DNA from: a virus
Length of the DNA: 64,000 nt
Reading direction: 5' to 3' (one strand)
Virus record (IMG/VR): IMGVR_UViG_3300025326_000023
Location: 9,659-73,658 of that record
Positions 44,634-54,479 of the stretch are shown here, in pieces; positions within the stretch are counted from its first letter, which is position 1, and every line of letters begins with the position of its first letter. A program made the translations under genes and the position numbers. A model generated the notes under the pieces. The model was not told where the DNA came from and ran no database searches. It saw only the letters and a list, made by a program, of their open reading frames with translations.

Positions 44634-47600
44634 CAGTATTGCTTCGATTCCAAGTCGGATTCGATGCTTTCCACACGGAGCCGGACGCGCTGCAGTTCGT
44701 CGGCCATGCGGGAGAGCAGGTGCGCGATGGCTTTGTTGGTATCGCGGACTTCCACAGCGAACTTTCGATCGGCGTCCTCTTCGGCGCCGGGGGTAGGGGG
44801 CAGGATCATCACGCCGCCGCGGACGGGCGGGGTGCCGGTCCGGGAGTCGTCCGCCCCGGAGAACTCGAACCACGATTTGGGAATGTACCGGCCTCGGGCG
44901 GCGAGTTGTTCTTCACGGGCCTGCTGGTCGCGGCGGGCGTTCTCCTGAACCCGAAGCATGGCCGCCTGGTATTTCTCGTCGGGGGTCGGTTCGCGGGCGG
45001 GCGGGCTGCCGGGGGGCTGGACATAGACGTCGGACACTTGCGTTTCGGCCATCCCTGCCGGCGCGCCGGGAGGCGGTGCAGGGCGGGGTGGGCCGGGAGA
45101 CTCGCGTCTGACGGGTGGAGACTCGCGTCTGACGGGGGCCCGATCTGGAGCGCCGGCTGGAGTGCCGGCTGGAGTGCGGCTCGGTTCGGCGGGGACGGTC
45201 GGCAGGGCTTCGAGCTGGCTTTGGCGCAGGCGATTCAAGAGGTGGCCCAGCAGACCGTCGGAAGATTGGCCGTAGACGTCCGAGGGCTGGACTTCCGTCG
45301 CATCGGGGGGCGGTGGGGGCGGGGAAGCAGGCGGGAGAGCCTCGCCCAACGGGGCGGGACCAGCGTCCAACGCCGGGGCGGCAGCCGGCGGCCGTTCCGG
45401 GCGGTCGGGAGGGCCAGGACGGGACGATGGGATGGGCGGTTTGGCTGGTAGTGGTCGGGCCGCGGCTGCGGGCTGGACGGGCTGGACGGGGCGTGCCGAT
45501 TCCAGCGCGGGGGTGGGCAATCGGGTTGGCTGGGCTGGCGGAGCGGGCGGAGCGGGGGGCGGTAGGGTTGGGGCCGCGGCCGGTGCAGCGGGCTGGTCCC
45601 AATCGGCGCGGGCGGGCAGGGTCACCGTCACCGGGTCAGCGGGGCGGGGAGGCGAGGCCGGGAGACCCGCGCCCACCGCCGCGTCCAACGCACGTTCGGA
45701 ATCCGTGCGCGGCGCGGGGGCGGGGGCGGGGGGAACAGGGATGTCCGGGCGGGGCGCGGGCGGGGTCGGGAGACCCGCGCCTAACGGCGCGAAACCAGCA
45801 TCTAACGCTGGCGCAGGTTTCGGACTGGCGGCCATCGCCGGGGGTGGCGGGAACAGATCCGCGCTGAACGTGAGCGTCTCGCCGCGAGCGTCTGAGGCTG
45901 GTTTGGGATTGGGCGCGGGTTCTGTCGTGGCAGGTGGCGGGGGAGTCGGCGGTGGAGCAGGTGGTGGAGCAGGTGGGGCAGGTGGCGGGGGCAAAGGCGA
46001 CGCGAACTGTTCGTTTAGGAAAGTGGACCAGTATTCCCGGTTGGGGTCCGGCGGCGGGGCAGGGGGAGTTTGGGAAGCAATTGGAGCCGGCGGGGCAGGT
46101 GGAGCCGGTGAAGCAGGAGCGGGCGCAGCGAGCGTGCGGCCGGTGGCCAGCGTGGTCAACAGGTCGTCGCTGGCAATGTCTGGACCCGGCTGCAACGCGG
46201 GCATGGGCACGTCGGGCGCGCGGGGGATCGGCGGAGGTGTGGACGATATGACGGTCGTGAAGTCCGGCTGGCGGAAGGGGAGCGGAGCTGCGGCGGGGGC
46301 TGGGGGATTGACGGCCGGTGGCAATTCCGGCCGGATGGCCGCCTGCAATGGCGTGGCAGGGCGCTGAGATTGGGCCGGCGGGGCGGCGGGTTGCGGGGGG
46401 CTAGGGGTCTTCGTGAAGCGGACGGCCGGGCGCGGTTCGGGCGTCAGGAAGTGGTCCGATGACAGCACGTAGCGGACGGAGTCCTGTGACGGCGCAGAGG
46501 TTTGCGGCGTCGCTTCTGCGGCACTGGCGGGGGAGGTGGTTGGCACCGAGCGCAGATCGGGCGCTGGGTGTCTGGCGGGTCCCGAATCGCTGGGTGGGAT
46601 AGCGGTCGCCTGGGCCTGGGTGGCGAAAGTGATGGGCGGTTCAGGCGCCAAACGATCGGCGCCGTCCCCGGTCACGGGCACGGTGCCGGAACTCTTGCCA
46701 CGCATGGTGGCTGAGATTGGTTCTGGGCGGGTCGGGGTAGTCCCAACAAGCGCGTCGGGGATTGCCTTTGGGAGGGGAGGCAGTATGGCGTGGCTGGTGG
46801 GCGGGGTCGGGAGACCCGCGCCCAACTCGCTTTGGAGACCCGCGCCCAACGGCGGTGGCGGGGCCGGCGCGGAATCGGAAGCCGACGACGGGGCGTCGGG
46901 GGGTCGCTCCCAGGGGCCGGCGAATGCGGACAGGGAGAGCGGCGCGAGCGGCGGCGCGGGGGTGTCCAACACGGCCCAGATGACACGCGAGGTGACTGGT
47001 TCACTCGGCAGTGAAACGGGCGGAATGGGTGAACCTGGCTGGGGTGCTGTGGCGGGCGGGGTCGGGAGACCCGCGCCCAACGGGCGCTCAAAACCAGCGC
47101 CCAACGCGGGGGCGGGCTGGGCCGGGAGACCGTCGAGTTCCGGGGCTAGCGCGGGCTCGGGTCCCTCGCCGATCTGCACGGGTGGCAACAGCGTGGCCGT
47201 CCAGGTCGGCAGCGTTGCCGGTTCGGGCCGGGGCTGGTCGGCGCCCGGCACCATCCAACTCGGCAGGGGCGGGTAGCCCTCGCGAAACAGGGCGGGGTGG
47301 ACCCAATCGTCGCTGGACGGGGTGGGGGGCGTGGGTGCGGTGGCCGGGGTGGGTGAGGCTGTTTGAGGTTGGACGATGCGCGGCTGGGGCGGTGGCTGTG
47401 AAGGCGTTGGTGATGGGGGTGCTGGCGGACTGCTGGCCAGCGGGGCAGGCGGCTGAATAGCAGATCGGCGCGGCAGGGGTGGCGGGGTGGACGGGGCCGC
47501 GGGCGGGGTCGGGAGACCCGCGCCCAACTGGCGCTCGGGGCCGTCGCTCAACGGAGAACCGGAACTTGCGTCCAACGTGGGTTCGGGACCCGCGCCGCGT

Positions 47601-48256
47601 TCGGCTCGCAGCGGGGCGGGTGGGGGCGGGCCGAGCGAGAAGGTCTCCTCGGCTTGCAGGACGGGGCTGTCGGTCTGGAGTGCAGGAGTCCCTGGCGCGA
47701 CGGGCTGGGGCGGTGAGTCGCGGGGCGCGGCGGGCGGGATGGAGAACGGCGACGGCACGGGAGTGGAGGGACGGCGCACTGGTGGAGTGGGCGCAGCGGC
47801 CAAAGGCCGCTCAGCGGTGGGGCGCAAGGGCGCTGCGCCATCGTCGCCGGGGGCCGGGGGCATGTCGGTGGCGGCCACGGCCGGCGGGTCCCCGGCTGGG
47901 CCGGACGGTACCTCGCCGTCCGAGATTGCGTTGTCCGAGATTGCGCTGTCCGGGACGGGATCGCTGAGAGCAGGAGGCGCCGCGGGCGGGGTCGGGAGAC
48001 CCGCGCCCAACATTCGCTCGGGCTCCGCGCCCGGCGCGGGCTCCGACTGCTCGGGGGTGGTGGCGGATGGGATGTCCGTGCGGAGCGCCAGCAGCGGGTT
48101 GGCGGCCGACTGGGCGATTAGGCGGTCTTGTCGCGTGGCTGGTGGCGGGCCTGGGACGGGTTGCGCGGCGGCGTCCGCGGGCAGCAATCCCGCGGTGCGC
48201 AGCAACGTTTCCAGCCGTTCCAGGCGTGCGTGGAGATCATCGAGAGTGCGGGCCAT
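44633..48256 (-). CDS. 1207-aa proline-rich disordered protein with coiled-coil ends
   Basis: Coupled to both neighbours; repeated LGAGLPTPP. Confidence 0.7.
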   Translation of the reverse strand: MARTLDDLHARLERLETLLRTAGLLPADAAAQPVPGPPPATRQDRLIAQSAANPLLALRTDIPSATTPEQSEPAPGAEPERMLGAGLPTPPAAPPALSDPVPDSAISDNAISDGEVPSGPAGDPPAVAATDMPPAPGDDGAAPLRPTAERPLAAAPTPPVRRPSTPVPSPFSIPPAAPRDSPPQPVAPGTPALQTDSPVLQAEETFSLGPPPPAPLRAERGAGPEPTLDASSGSPLSDGPERQLGAGLPTPPAAPSTPPPLPRRSAIQPPAPLASSPPAPPSPTPSQPPPQPRIVQPQTASPTPATAPTPPTPSSDDWVHPALFREGYPPLPSWMVPGADQPRPEPATLPTWTATLLPPVQIGEGPEPALAPELDGLPAQPAPALGAGFERPLGAGLPTPPATAPQPGSPIPPVSLPSEPVTSRVIWAVLDTPAPPLAPLSLSAFAGPWERPPDAPSSASDSAPAPPPPLGAGLQSELGAGLPTPPTSHAILPPLPKAIPDALVGTTPTRPEPISATMRGKSSGTVPVTGDGADRLAPEPPITFATQAQATAIPPSDSGPARHPAPDLRSVPTTSPASAAEATPQTSAPSQDSVRYVLSSDHFLTPEPRPAVRFTKTPSPPQPAAPPAQSQRPATPLQAAIRPELPPAVNPPAPAAAPLPFRQPDFTTVISSTPPPIPRAPDVPMPALQPGPDIASDDLLTTLATGRTLAAPAPASPAPPAPPAPIASQTPPAPPPDPNREYWSTFLNEQFASPLPPPPAPPAPPPAPPPTPPPPATTEPAPNPKPASDARGETLTFSADLFPPPPAMAASPKPAPALDAGFAPLGAGLPTPPAPRPDIPVPPAPAPAPRTDSERALDAAVGAGLPASPPRPADPVTVTLPARADWDQPAAPAAAPTLPPPAPPAPPAQPTRLPTPALESARPVQPVQPAAAARPLPAKPPIPSSRPGPPDRPERPPAAAPALDAGPAPLGEALPPASPPPPPPDATEVQPSDVYGQSSDGLLGHLLNRLRQSQLEALPTVPAEPSRTPAGTPAGAPDRAPVRRESPPVRRESPGPPRPAPPPGAPAGMAETQVSDVYVQPPGSPPAREPTPDEKYQAAMLRVQENARRDQQAREEQLAARGRYIPKSWFEFSGADDSRTGTPPVRGGVMILPPTPGAEEDADRKFAVEVRDTNKAIAHLLSRMADELQRVRLRVESIESDLESKQY
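45759..48011. repeat. Five copies of a 27-nt REP-like motif GGCGGGGTCGGGAGACCCGCGCC(C/T)AAC inside a CDS
   Basis: Copies at 45759, 46800, 47055, 47502 and 47985, plus partial copies; another copy at 63452-63477. Confidence 0.85.
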
Positions 48257-48259
48257 CGT

Positions 48260-49237
48260 TTAGCCGATGACGTTCGTCACCGTGATTTCCGGGGCATCGG
48301 TCGATTCGTCGCCATAGGCCTCGCCGCGGATCGAGAAGGCCACTTCGTTTTCGTCGTACACATGCGGCGATTCGTCGGGGACTTTGAGGTTTTCGACGTT
48401 GATCGTCGTGGAGTGCGTATCGCCGCCGTTGGTGTACGTGAAGATCATCTCGGCTGCCGCTCCGGCGTAGCCCTGGTCGTAGAGGTCCTGATTGGCCACT
48501 GTCCAGGGCAGCGCGCATTCCAGCGCGACCTTGCGGCCTGTCGGGCAGATGGAGCTGGCCGTCAGGCTGTTGGCGTAGCGGATCGAGAGGTTATTCTCGT
48601 AGGTCAGTTTGAAGGCGTAGATCTCGCGGACTTCGCCGTTGAGGGTTACGCCGCCGTCGCAATCCTGGAAGATATAGGGCGCGTACGAGGTGCCGGTCGG
48701 CAGGTCCGGTTCGCTGACGGGCCAGGTGGGGGCGGGGCTACTGTAGAAGCCCGCCTCGTCCTCGAACAGCACGTCCACCTCCAGGAGCAGCAGGTCCGGC
48801 GTGGCCTGCTCGCGGAACTGGGGCGCGCGGCCGGTCAATTCCCAGCGTGCCACGCGGCCGTCCAGGTACTTCCAGACGTCCACGTCGCGGTGCAGCAGGG
48901 CGCCGAACACGTTGGGGCAGGTGTTGGGCGAGAACACGTCCGTCACTTCGTCGCCGACCAGTTTCGGGAGCAGCGTGTTGAGATAGCCCGGGCTGGGGTT
49001 CAGGCGGAACTTGCCGTAGACGTAGTAGCCGCCGTCGCGGACGCGGCTTTTCAAGCGGTACATCTTGCCGGTGATGCCTTGGCCGCCGATCAGTCGCCCG
49101 TGGCGTTGAAAGTCTTCGGCGTCGGGAGGGAGGATTTCGTACCGTTCGGAGTTGGCGTCGAAGGTGTGGGGGCTGGCGCCGGGTTCCAGCAACAGTTTGA
49201 CGAAAACGCCCATCGCGGGACAGTTCGTGCACGACAT
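48260..49237 (-). CDS. Putative tail tube (major tail) protein
   Basis: 325 aa, acidic, beta-rich; AFKLTYENNL and EITVTN-type ending typical of tail tubes; AGGAG RBS. Confidence 0.65.
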   Translation of the reverse strand: MSCTNCPAMGVFVKLLLEPGASPHTFDANSERYEILPPDAEDFQRHGRLIGGQGITGKMYRLKSRVRDGGYYVYGKFRLNPSPGYLNTLLPKLVGDEVTDVFSPNTCPNVFGALLHRDVDVWKYLDGRVARWELTGRAPQFREQATPDLLLLEVDVLFEDEAGFYSSPAPTWPVSEPDLPTGTSYAPYIFQDCDGGVTLNGEVREIYAFKLTYENNLSIRYANSLTASSICPTGRKVALECALPWTVANQDLYDQGYAGAAAEMIFTYTNGGDTHSTTINVENLKVPDESPHVYDENEVAFSIRGEAYGDESTDAPEITVTNVIG

Positions 49238-49427
49238 ATCAGATCTCCTGCACAGGCAGATTGGCTTGAATCGCGCGCAGCCTTACTACGGGCTGCGATT
49301 GTCGTGCGACCGGCGCCATGCCGGGAGACAGAGCGCGGAGGCAAACGCCCTGTCGTCCCGGAACATGGCGCCAAGACAAAATGGGGTGGGGAGGTGATGG
49401 GCGGCGGCGTAGTGGCAAGATGGCATT

Positions 49428-49811
49428 TTAGTGCGATGGGGCAGGCTCCGCAAGGTAAATCTGGCCCGCCACTAACGTCCGGCGCGGCGCGTGCAAGGAG
49501 ATTTCGTCCAGGGCGTGCGTCCAGGGCTCGCCGGCGGCCAACTGGGCGGTGGCGGAGCCGGCCAGCGCGATCCGAATCTGATCGGGGTGGCCCCAGATGT
49601 ATTCCAGAACGCCCTCGGATGGATCGCAGGTATGGGCGTTCAGGAGCAGCAGGCCGCGGCTCAGGCTGAGCAGGATCTGGGCGGCGCCGGGGGCGTCGCC
49701 GGGGGCTTGCAGCACGGTCCAGATCAGTTCGGACCAGGAGCCGATCGGTTCCGGGCAGGGCCAGGACCAGATGAAGGGTTGGCCGGGCAGCAGGGTCAGG
49801 TCGTGAGTCAA
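49428..49811 (-). CDS. Hypothetical virion-associated protein
   Basis: In-operon ORF. Confidence 0.45.
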   Translation of the reverse strand: MTHDLTLLPGQPFIWSWPCPEPIGSWSELIWTVLQAPGDAPGAAQILLSLSRGLLLLNAHTCDPSEGVLEYIWGHPDQIRIALAGSATAQLAAGEPWTHALDEISLHAPRRTLVAGQIYLAEPAPSH

Positions 49812-49857
49812 TGCCTAAATCCTAATGACGAATGACTAAGGAATGGCGAAGTTCCAA

Positions 49858-50190
49858 TTACACGCAGCGGAGCAGGATATCGCGGACGCAGGTGCGGGCG
49901 GGCGAGCTGTTGGTGCCCACGCTGACCCGGACGCGGTATTCCGTGCCCGCCTTCTGGCCGCTGACCTTGAACTGGACGGCCTTGCCGGCCGCCACGTCCT
50001 TGTCGCGGATCGTGAGGGTTGCGCCGGAGACGGTTTTATTGGCGAAAGTCAGGTCGCTGGTGCGCTGTTCGGTGACCGTGGGGGAGCCGGTCAGGGATTC
50101 TCCGCTATCGAGGTATTCGGTGTAGTCGATGGCCACCACATCGACATCACCTTGGCTGATGGTCGGTTTCTGGGAAAGCGTAATCGGCAT
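49858..50190 (-). CDS. Putative tail-fibre adaptor-like small protein
   Basis: DVDVVAIDYTEYL.SGE.L...VQF.VSG...GT.Y.V pattern. Confidence 0.55.
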   Translation of the reverse strand: MPITLSQKPTISQGDVDVVAIDYTEYLDSGESLTGSPTVTEQRTSDLTFANKTVSGATLTIRDKDVAAGKAVQFKVSGQKAGTEYRVRVSVGTNSSPARTCVRDILLRCV

Positions 50191-50212
50191 CGGGAGTCCT
50201 CGTGATGCCTCC

Positions 50213-52936
50213 TCATGATGCCTCCTCTTCAACTTCGTAATGCAGCCGGTCGTGGGGCAGACTGAAGTGACTGCGCTGGTCGGGCAGTTCAAATTGCATC
50301 CGGTCGTCGTCCAGGGCAAACTGGCTGCGGTCGTCCGCCAAAGCGTAGTGGCTGCGGTCGTGGGGCAGCGACAGTTCGGTGCCGGGCAGGCTGGGCGGGA
50401 CCACTAATTCCGGCGCCCAGATGGTGGCCAGCGCTGAGGTGACGGGCAGCAGCAGCGCGGTGGCGTGCAGTGCGCCGGGGGCGGGCAGGCTGGCCAGCAG
50501 CGGCAGGCACGCCAGGACGCAGGTGGTGGCGTCCTGGATGGTGGGGGCGCTCGGCGAGGCGGCCAGCGCGGTGGCGGGCAGGGCTGGCCGGCTGCCGTCG
50601 CGGATCGCCGGCGCGGGCAGCACGCTCGATACCGCAAGCGCGGGCAGGGACAGAGCGCTGGCGTCGCGGATCGCCGGGGCGGGCAGGGTCGCCGCGGCGG
50701 CCAGGGTTGGCAAGGGCAAGGCGCTATCATCGCGGATCGCGAGCGCGGGGATCGACGCCAGCGACGTCACCACCGCCAGGCCGATCACGGTGTGTGTGAC
50801 ATCGAAAATCGTGGGCGGCCAGACGGCGGCTTGCAGCCCGACGGCGGGCAGCACGATGATGCTGGAGGACAGCAAGGCCGGCGCAGGCGCGAGCGCAGAG
50901 GCGGACACGACAGGCAGGATCACGAGGCTCGCATCTCGGGCGGTTGGCGCGGGCAGCGCGGCCGAGGCTGCGATGGCGGGCAGCGCGGCCAAGGTGCCAT
51001 CCACGATGGCCACGGGCCGCCCTTGTGGTGGCTCCCAGCCGGCTCCGGCGTTATAGAGCAAAGCCACTTCGCCGTCGCTCAGTGCGCGGTCCCACCAGCC
51101 GAAAGATTCGATGATGTCGCAAACGCTGACAGGGGCAGCATAGGTTTTCGCGCCCAACAGGAACCGGCTGGGCGCAATCGCCTGGGGTGTTGATGTCGGC
51201 TCCGAGGCTCTGAGGATCCCATCCACCCACAATTCGTCATAGCCGTTCTGGTTCACCAGGAAGCAGACGTGATGCCAATTGGTGTCGAAAAAGCTGCTGG
51301 GCACTGACTCCCACGTGAGACTGCCCTGATAGTAGATGCCCTCGATATAGTAGTCGCCGAACGAATAGAGCAGATCCACTTCGGCATGGCGCCCGGTCGA
51401 CTGGTTGCGCAGTTCGAACGCATAGGCGGCTCCGTCGTCGGAAGCGGTGATCGTGCGGGTGAACCGGTACCAGAAGGAGACAGAGAAGGCGCTGCCCGTG
51501 TCGATTCCGGGGCTGGTCGTTTTGGGCACGCGAGCGGCGGTATTGTTGTTGTCCCAGGCGTCGCCGTTGACTCCGGGCACGTAATGCGAGAGTCCGTCAG
51601 CCGAGCTCAGCGCGAGAGCCTGCACCAGATCCGTCAGGGTTCCGTTCAAGGGCCAGAAGGCCTGCAGTCCATCGTAGAGAGTCGGTTCCAGCATGACCCC
51701 CACGCCCGTGGTGGGCAGCGACACTGCAGTGGCGTCCTGAATCAGGGGTGAGGCGAGGGAAGCCAGGCACGCAACCGCCTGCGGAAGGATCGCAGTTCCA
51801 TCAACGGCAGTCGGCTGCAAGGGGGCGCTCGCGCAGGCGATGGCGGGCAGCGTGGCCAGGGTGCCGTCCCGGATGGTTGGCGCGCCCAAGGATGCGGCGC
51901 CGGGGATGGCGGGCAGCGGCAGCAGGGTCCCGTCCAAAAGTGCCGGCTCGGGCGGGCCGGCCGAGACGGCGATGGTCGGCAGCGGCAGGGCCGTGGCGTC
52001 GCGCAGCGCGGGAGCCGGCAGGGTGGCCAGGCAGGAGACCGTGGGGCAGGCGACTGAACTGCCATCGCGGATCGCCGGCGCGGGCAGCACGCTCGATACC
52101 GCAAGCGCGGGCAGGGCCACGGTGCCGGCGTCGCGGATCGCCGGCGCGGGCAGGCTGACCGCCGCCGCCAGGGCGGGAAGTTGAATCAGGCTGGCCTGGG
52201 CTGCCGCGGCGGGCAGGTAGACCCTGCGCGGTAGCGGCAGATAGATCCCGCAGCGCCCGGCCTGGTACAACCGCAGCACTTCCTCGGCGGTTAGGGCGCG
52301 GTTGTAGAGTTTGGCGTCGTCCCATTTGCCTTTGAGCAAATAGCCGCCCTGGGAGGCACCGATCGTCGGAGCGGAGGAGAGCGTGATCGTGCTGTCGCCA
52401 GTTTGGGTGCTGCAGGCTGCGCCGTTCTGGTAGAAGATCCAGCCATTAGCGCCCGGCTTGGAGGAGATGGTGACCAGGTGCCAGGCGCGGCGGTCCGAGA
52501 GGTTGCCCGCTCCCACGGTGACGCGACCCGCGCGAAACGTGCCGTCGTAGATATTGCCGTCGCCCCAGGTGTAGTGAGACGCGTAATCCGCTGTATTCCA
52601 AAACCAGGCGCCATTGCCGCTGCTCGGCGTATGTTCGATGAGCGAGAGCCAGAAGGAGAACGTGGCTTCGGTAGAGACCAGGGCCGAGATATTAGGCAGC
52701 GTCAGGATGCTGGTCCCATAGAATCCGCTGAAGGATTGCAGGGACCAGCGCCCCTCGGAGGTCTGCCAATGGGGCAGTCCTGCTCCGGCGGTGAGAGTGC
52801 CGCCGCGTCCTTGGCCGGTGCTGTCGGCGATCTTGGCGTTGTCGGTGTTGCCAAGGCCGGGGGCCCAGGCCCCGATCAGCCCTCGCCAGAGGCTGGGATA
52901 GCGGGATTCAGAGGCTGCGCGAGCGTACTGCGGCAT
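50213..52936 (-). CDS. Tail fibre/receptor-binding protein with two LamG-like domains and LPA..PAPAIRD repeats
   Basis: TFSFW..WHLV..YQNG..IG..G.WDD.KLYNRALT.EEV..LY and FSVSFW..WHHV..WVDG..WDRALSDGEV.LLY. Confidence 0.8.
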   Translation of the reverse strand: MPQYARAASESRYPSLWRGLIGAWAPGLGNTDNAKIADSTGQGRGGTLTAGAGLPHWQTSEGRWSLQSFSGFYGTSILTLPNISALVSTEATFSFWLSLIEHTPSSGNGAWFWNTADYASHYTWGDGNIYDGTFRAGRVTVGAGNLSDRRAWHLVTISSKPGANGWIFYQNGAACSTQTGDSTITLSSAPTIGASQGGYLLKGKWDDAKLYNRALTAEEVLRLYQAGRCGIYLPLPRRVYLPAAAAQASLIQLPALAAAVSLPAPAIRDAGTVALPALAVSSVLPAPAIRDGSSVACPTVSCLATLPAPALRDATALPLPTIAVSAGPPEPALLDGTLLPLPAIPGAASLGAPTIRDGTLATLPAIACASAPLQPTAVDGTAILPQAVACLASLASPLIQDATAVSLPTTGVGVMLEPTLYDGLQAFWPLNGTLTDLVQALALSSADGLSHYVPGVNGDAWDNNNTAARVPKTTSPGIDTGSAFSVSFWYRFTRTITASDDGAAYAFELRNQSTGRHAEVDLLYSFGDYYIEGIYYQGSLTWESVPSSFFDTNWHHVCFLVNQNGYDELWVDGILRASEPTSTPQAIAPSRFLLGAKTYAAPVSVCDIIESFGWWDRALSDGEVALLYNAGAGWEPPQGRPVAIVDGTLAALPAIAASAALPAPTARDASLVILPVVSASALAPAPALLSSSIIVLPAVGLQAAVWPPTIFDVTHTVIGLAVVTSLASIPALAIRDDSALPLPTLAAAATLPAPAIRDASALSLPALAVSSVLPAPAIRDGSRPALPATALAASPSAPTIQDATTCVLACLPLLASLPAPGALHATALLLPVTSALATIWAPELVVPPSLPGTELSLPHDRSHYALADDRSQFALDDDRMQFELPDQRSHFSLPHDRLHYEVEEEAS

Positions 52937-52999
52937 TTAGGCGGCTGCCCGATTCCGGTCGCCAATGGAAACGAAAGTCAGTGCCGGGGCGGGCGCCGA

Positions 53000-53449
53000 C
53001 TAGGCCTGCGCGATGGTGATCAGCCCGCTGGCATTGATCTGGACGGTGAAGTTGCCGCCGCCCAAAGCCCGCGGCAGCAGCCCGCCGCTGTCCGTGTCGA
53101 TGTACAGCAGGGGCACGTCGCCGGTGCCGCCATCCACATAGCGGACCACCAGCACCGCCTTGACGGTCTGGCCGGCTTCCAGGTTGCCGAAATCCGCGTC
53201 CGCGCAGTCGATTTTCACCAGGTCCGAGCCATCCACCGCGCTGATCGTGGGCGTGGTGATAGTCTCGTGCGCGTAGCTGGCCACGCTGACTTCAACCCAG
53301 CCGGTGAAATCCAGCACGGTGTCGTGGTCCTTGTCGGGCGTGTAGGTGCTGGTGCTGCGTTCCAGCCGCACTTTCCAGGTGGCCGTATCGAAGGTCTTGG
53401 TATTGGTGAGGAGATCGACGACGCCGGCTTGATAGAGGATATTGGCCAT
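53000..53449 (-). CDS. Virion structural protein (tail-fibre associated)
   Basis: PLLYID...GGNFTVQINASGLI C-terminus typical of this phage protein type. Confidence 0.6.
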   Translation of the reverse strand: MANILYQAGVVDLLTNTKTFDTATWKVRLERSTSTYTPDKDHDTVLDFTGWVEVSVASYAHETITTPTISAVDGSDLVKIDCADADFGNLEAGQTVKAVLVVRYVDGGTGDVPLLYIDTDSGGLLPRALGGGNFTVQINASGLITIAQA

Positions 53450-53487
53450 ATGGTTGGGTCCTTGGGTCAGGTCTGGGATTGAGGGGA

Positions 53488-54015
53488 TCAGGCGGCTGCC
53501 TGAATATCGTCGCTGCTGGGAATCAGGCGAATCTTGTGATCGGCGTCCACGTTGGTGGTGGTCTGGCCGCTGCCGTTGAGCCAGACCAGGCAGCCGTAGC
53601 GGGCCGCCGGGCGGAACCAGCCGGGCTGCACCAGGCCGCGCTGCGGGCCGGCGTTGTTCACGAGCACCAGCGAACCGAGGAAATCGAGCTGTTTGACGCT
53701 GTTGGCCGCATCGCTGCTGTAGCCGGTGTAGGCGGCGTCTGCGCCCGTCAGGTTAGCCTGGTTGTTGGTGCCGGCGGTGGCGTTGTCGCTGTAGCCCATC
53801 CAGAGGTCCATCGTCAGGCCGGCGGTGGGCGCCGAGCCAAACTTGTTGATGCACTCGACTCGCCAATCCTGGTCCCAGGCCGCGCCGAAGTCGATCTTGT
53901 CGGACTGCCGGTAGGTGGCGGTGGCCAAGTTTTTCATGGTCAGCACGTGGGTATCGCTGTTGGTGCCCAGGGTGATGATCGTGCCGGCTTTGCGTTTGAC
54001 GGTTTGGGTGGTCAT
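53488..54015 (-). CDS. Putative virion structural protein
   Basis: 175 aa, T/N/G-rich beta protein. Confidence 0.55.
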   Translation of the reverse strand: MTTQTVKRKAGTIITLGTNSDTHVLTMKNLATATYRQSDKIDFGAAWDQDWRVECINKFGSAPTAGLTMDLWMGYSDNATAGTNNQANLTGADAAYTGYSSDAANSVKQLDFLGSLVLVNNAGPQRGLVQPGWFRPAARYGCLVWLNGSGQTTTNVDADHKIRLIPSSDDIQAAA

Positions 54016-54479
54016 GCTACAGTTCCCGCGCTACTTTAAGTTGGTCGTACTGTTCGATGGCGTCTTCCACCGCGTCCCAGGGCCGGGCGCCGCGCCCGGT
54101 GAACAGGTTATCGCCCGGCGGCGGGCGCCAATCGCAGCACCAGATTTTTGCCTCGGACTCGAACCGCCGCAGGCACACGTCGCCGTCCATGGTCTCCAAC
54201 ATTCGGCACCAGACGGTCGAACAGGACGGGTCCGCCTTGAACGCCTTCTGAGGCCCGGACATCTCCGCATCTCCTACGGCCCCCAGATTCTGGCTAAGTA
54301 GCTAGCGCCGAGCGCCACCAGCAGCGCGATGACGACAACCGCCCCTACGTAGAGAGGATACCAATCGTAATACCAGTCCGGGTGCCTCATCTCAGTCCTC
54401 CTCAATCCGCCGGCCCGCCTTGGGAAATACCGGCTTCTCCGTGCCGGCCATCAGCCGCTTGCCGGACTTCCGGTCTTCT

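Noticed and set aside
50601-52116. Duplicated segment in the fibre gene as a DGR template/variable repeat pair
   Set aside because: The copies are identical with no adenine-specific differences, and there is no reverse transcriptase in the window
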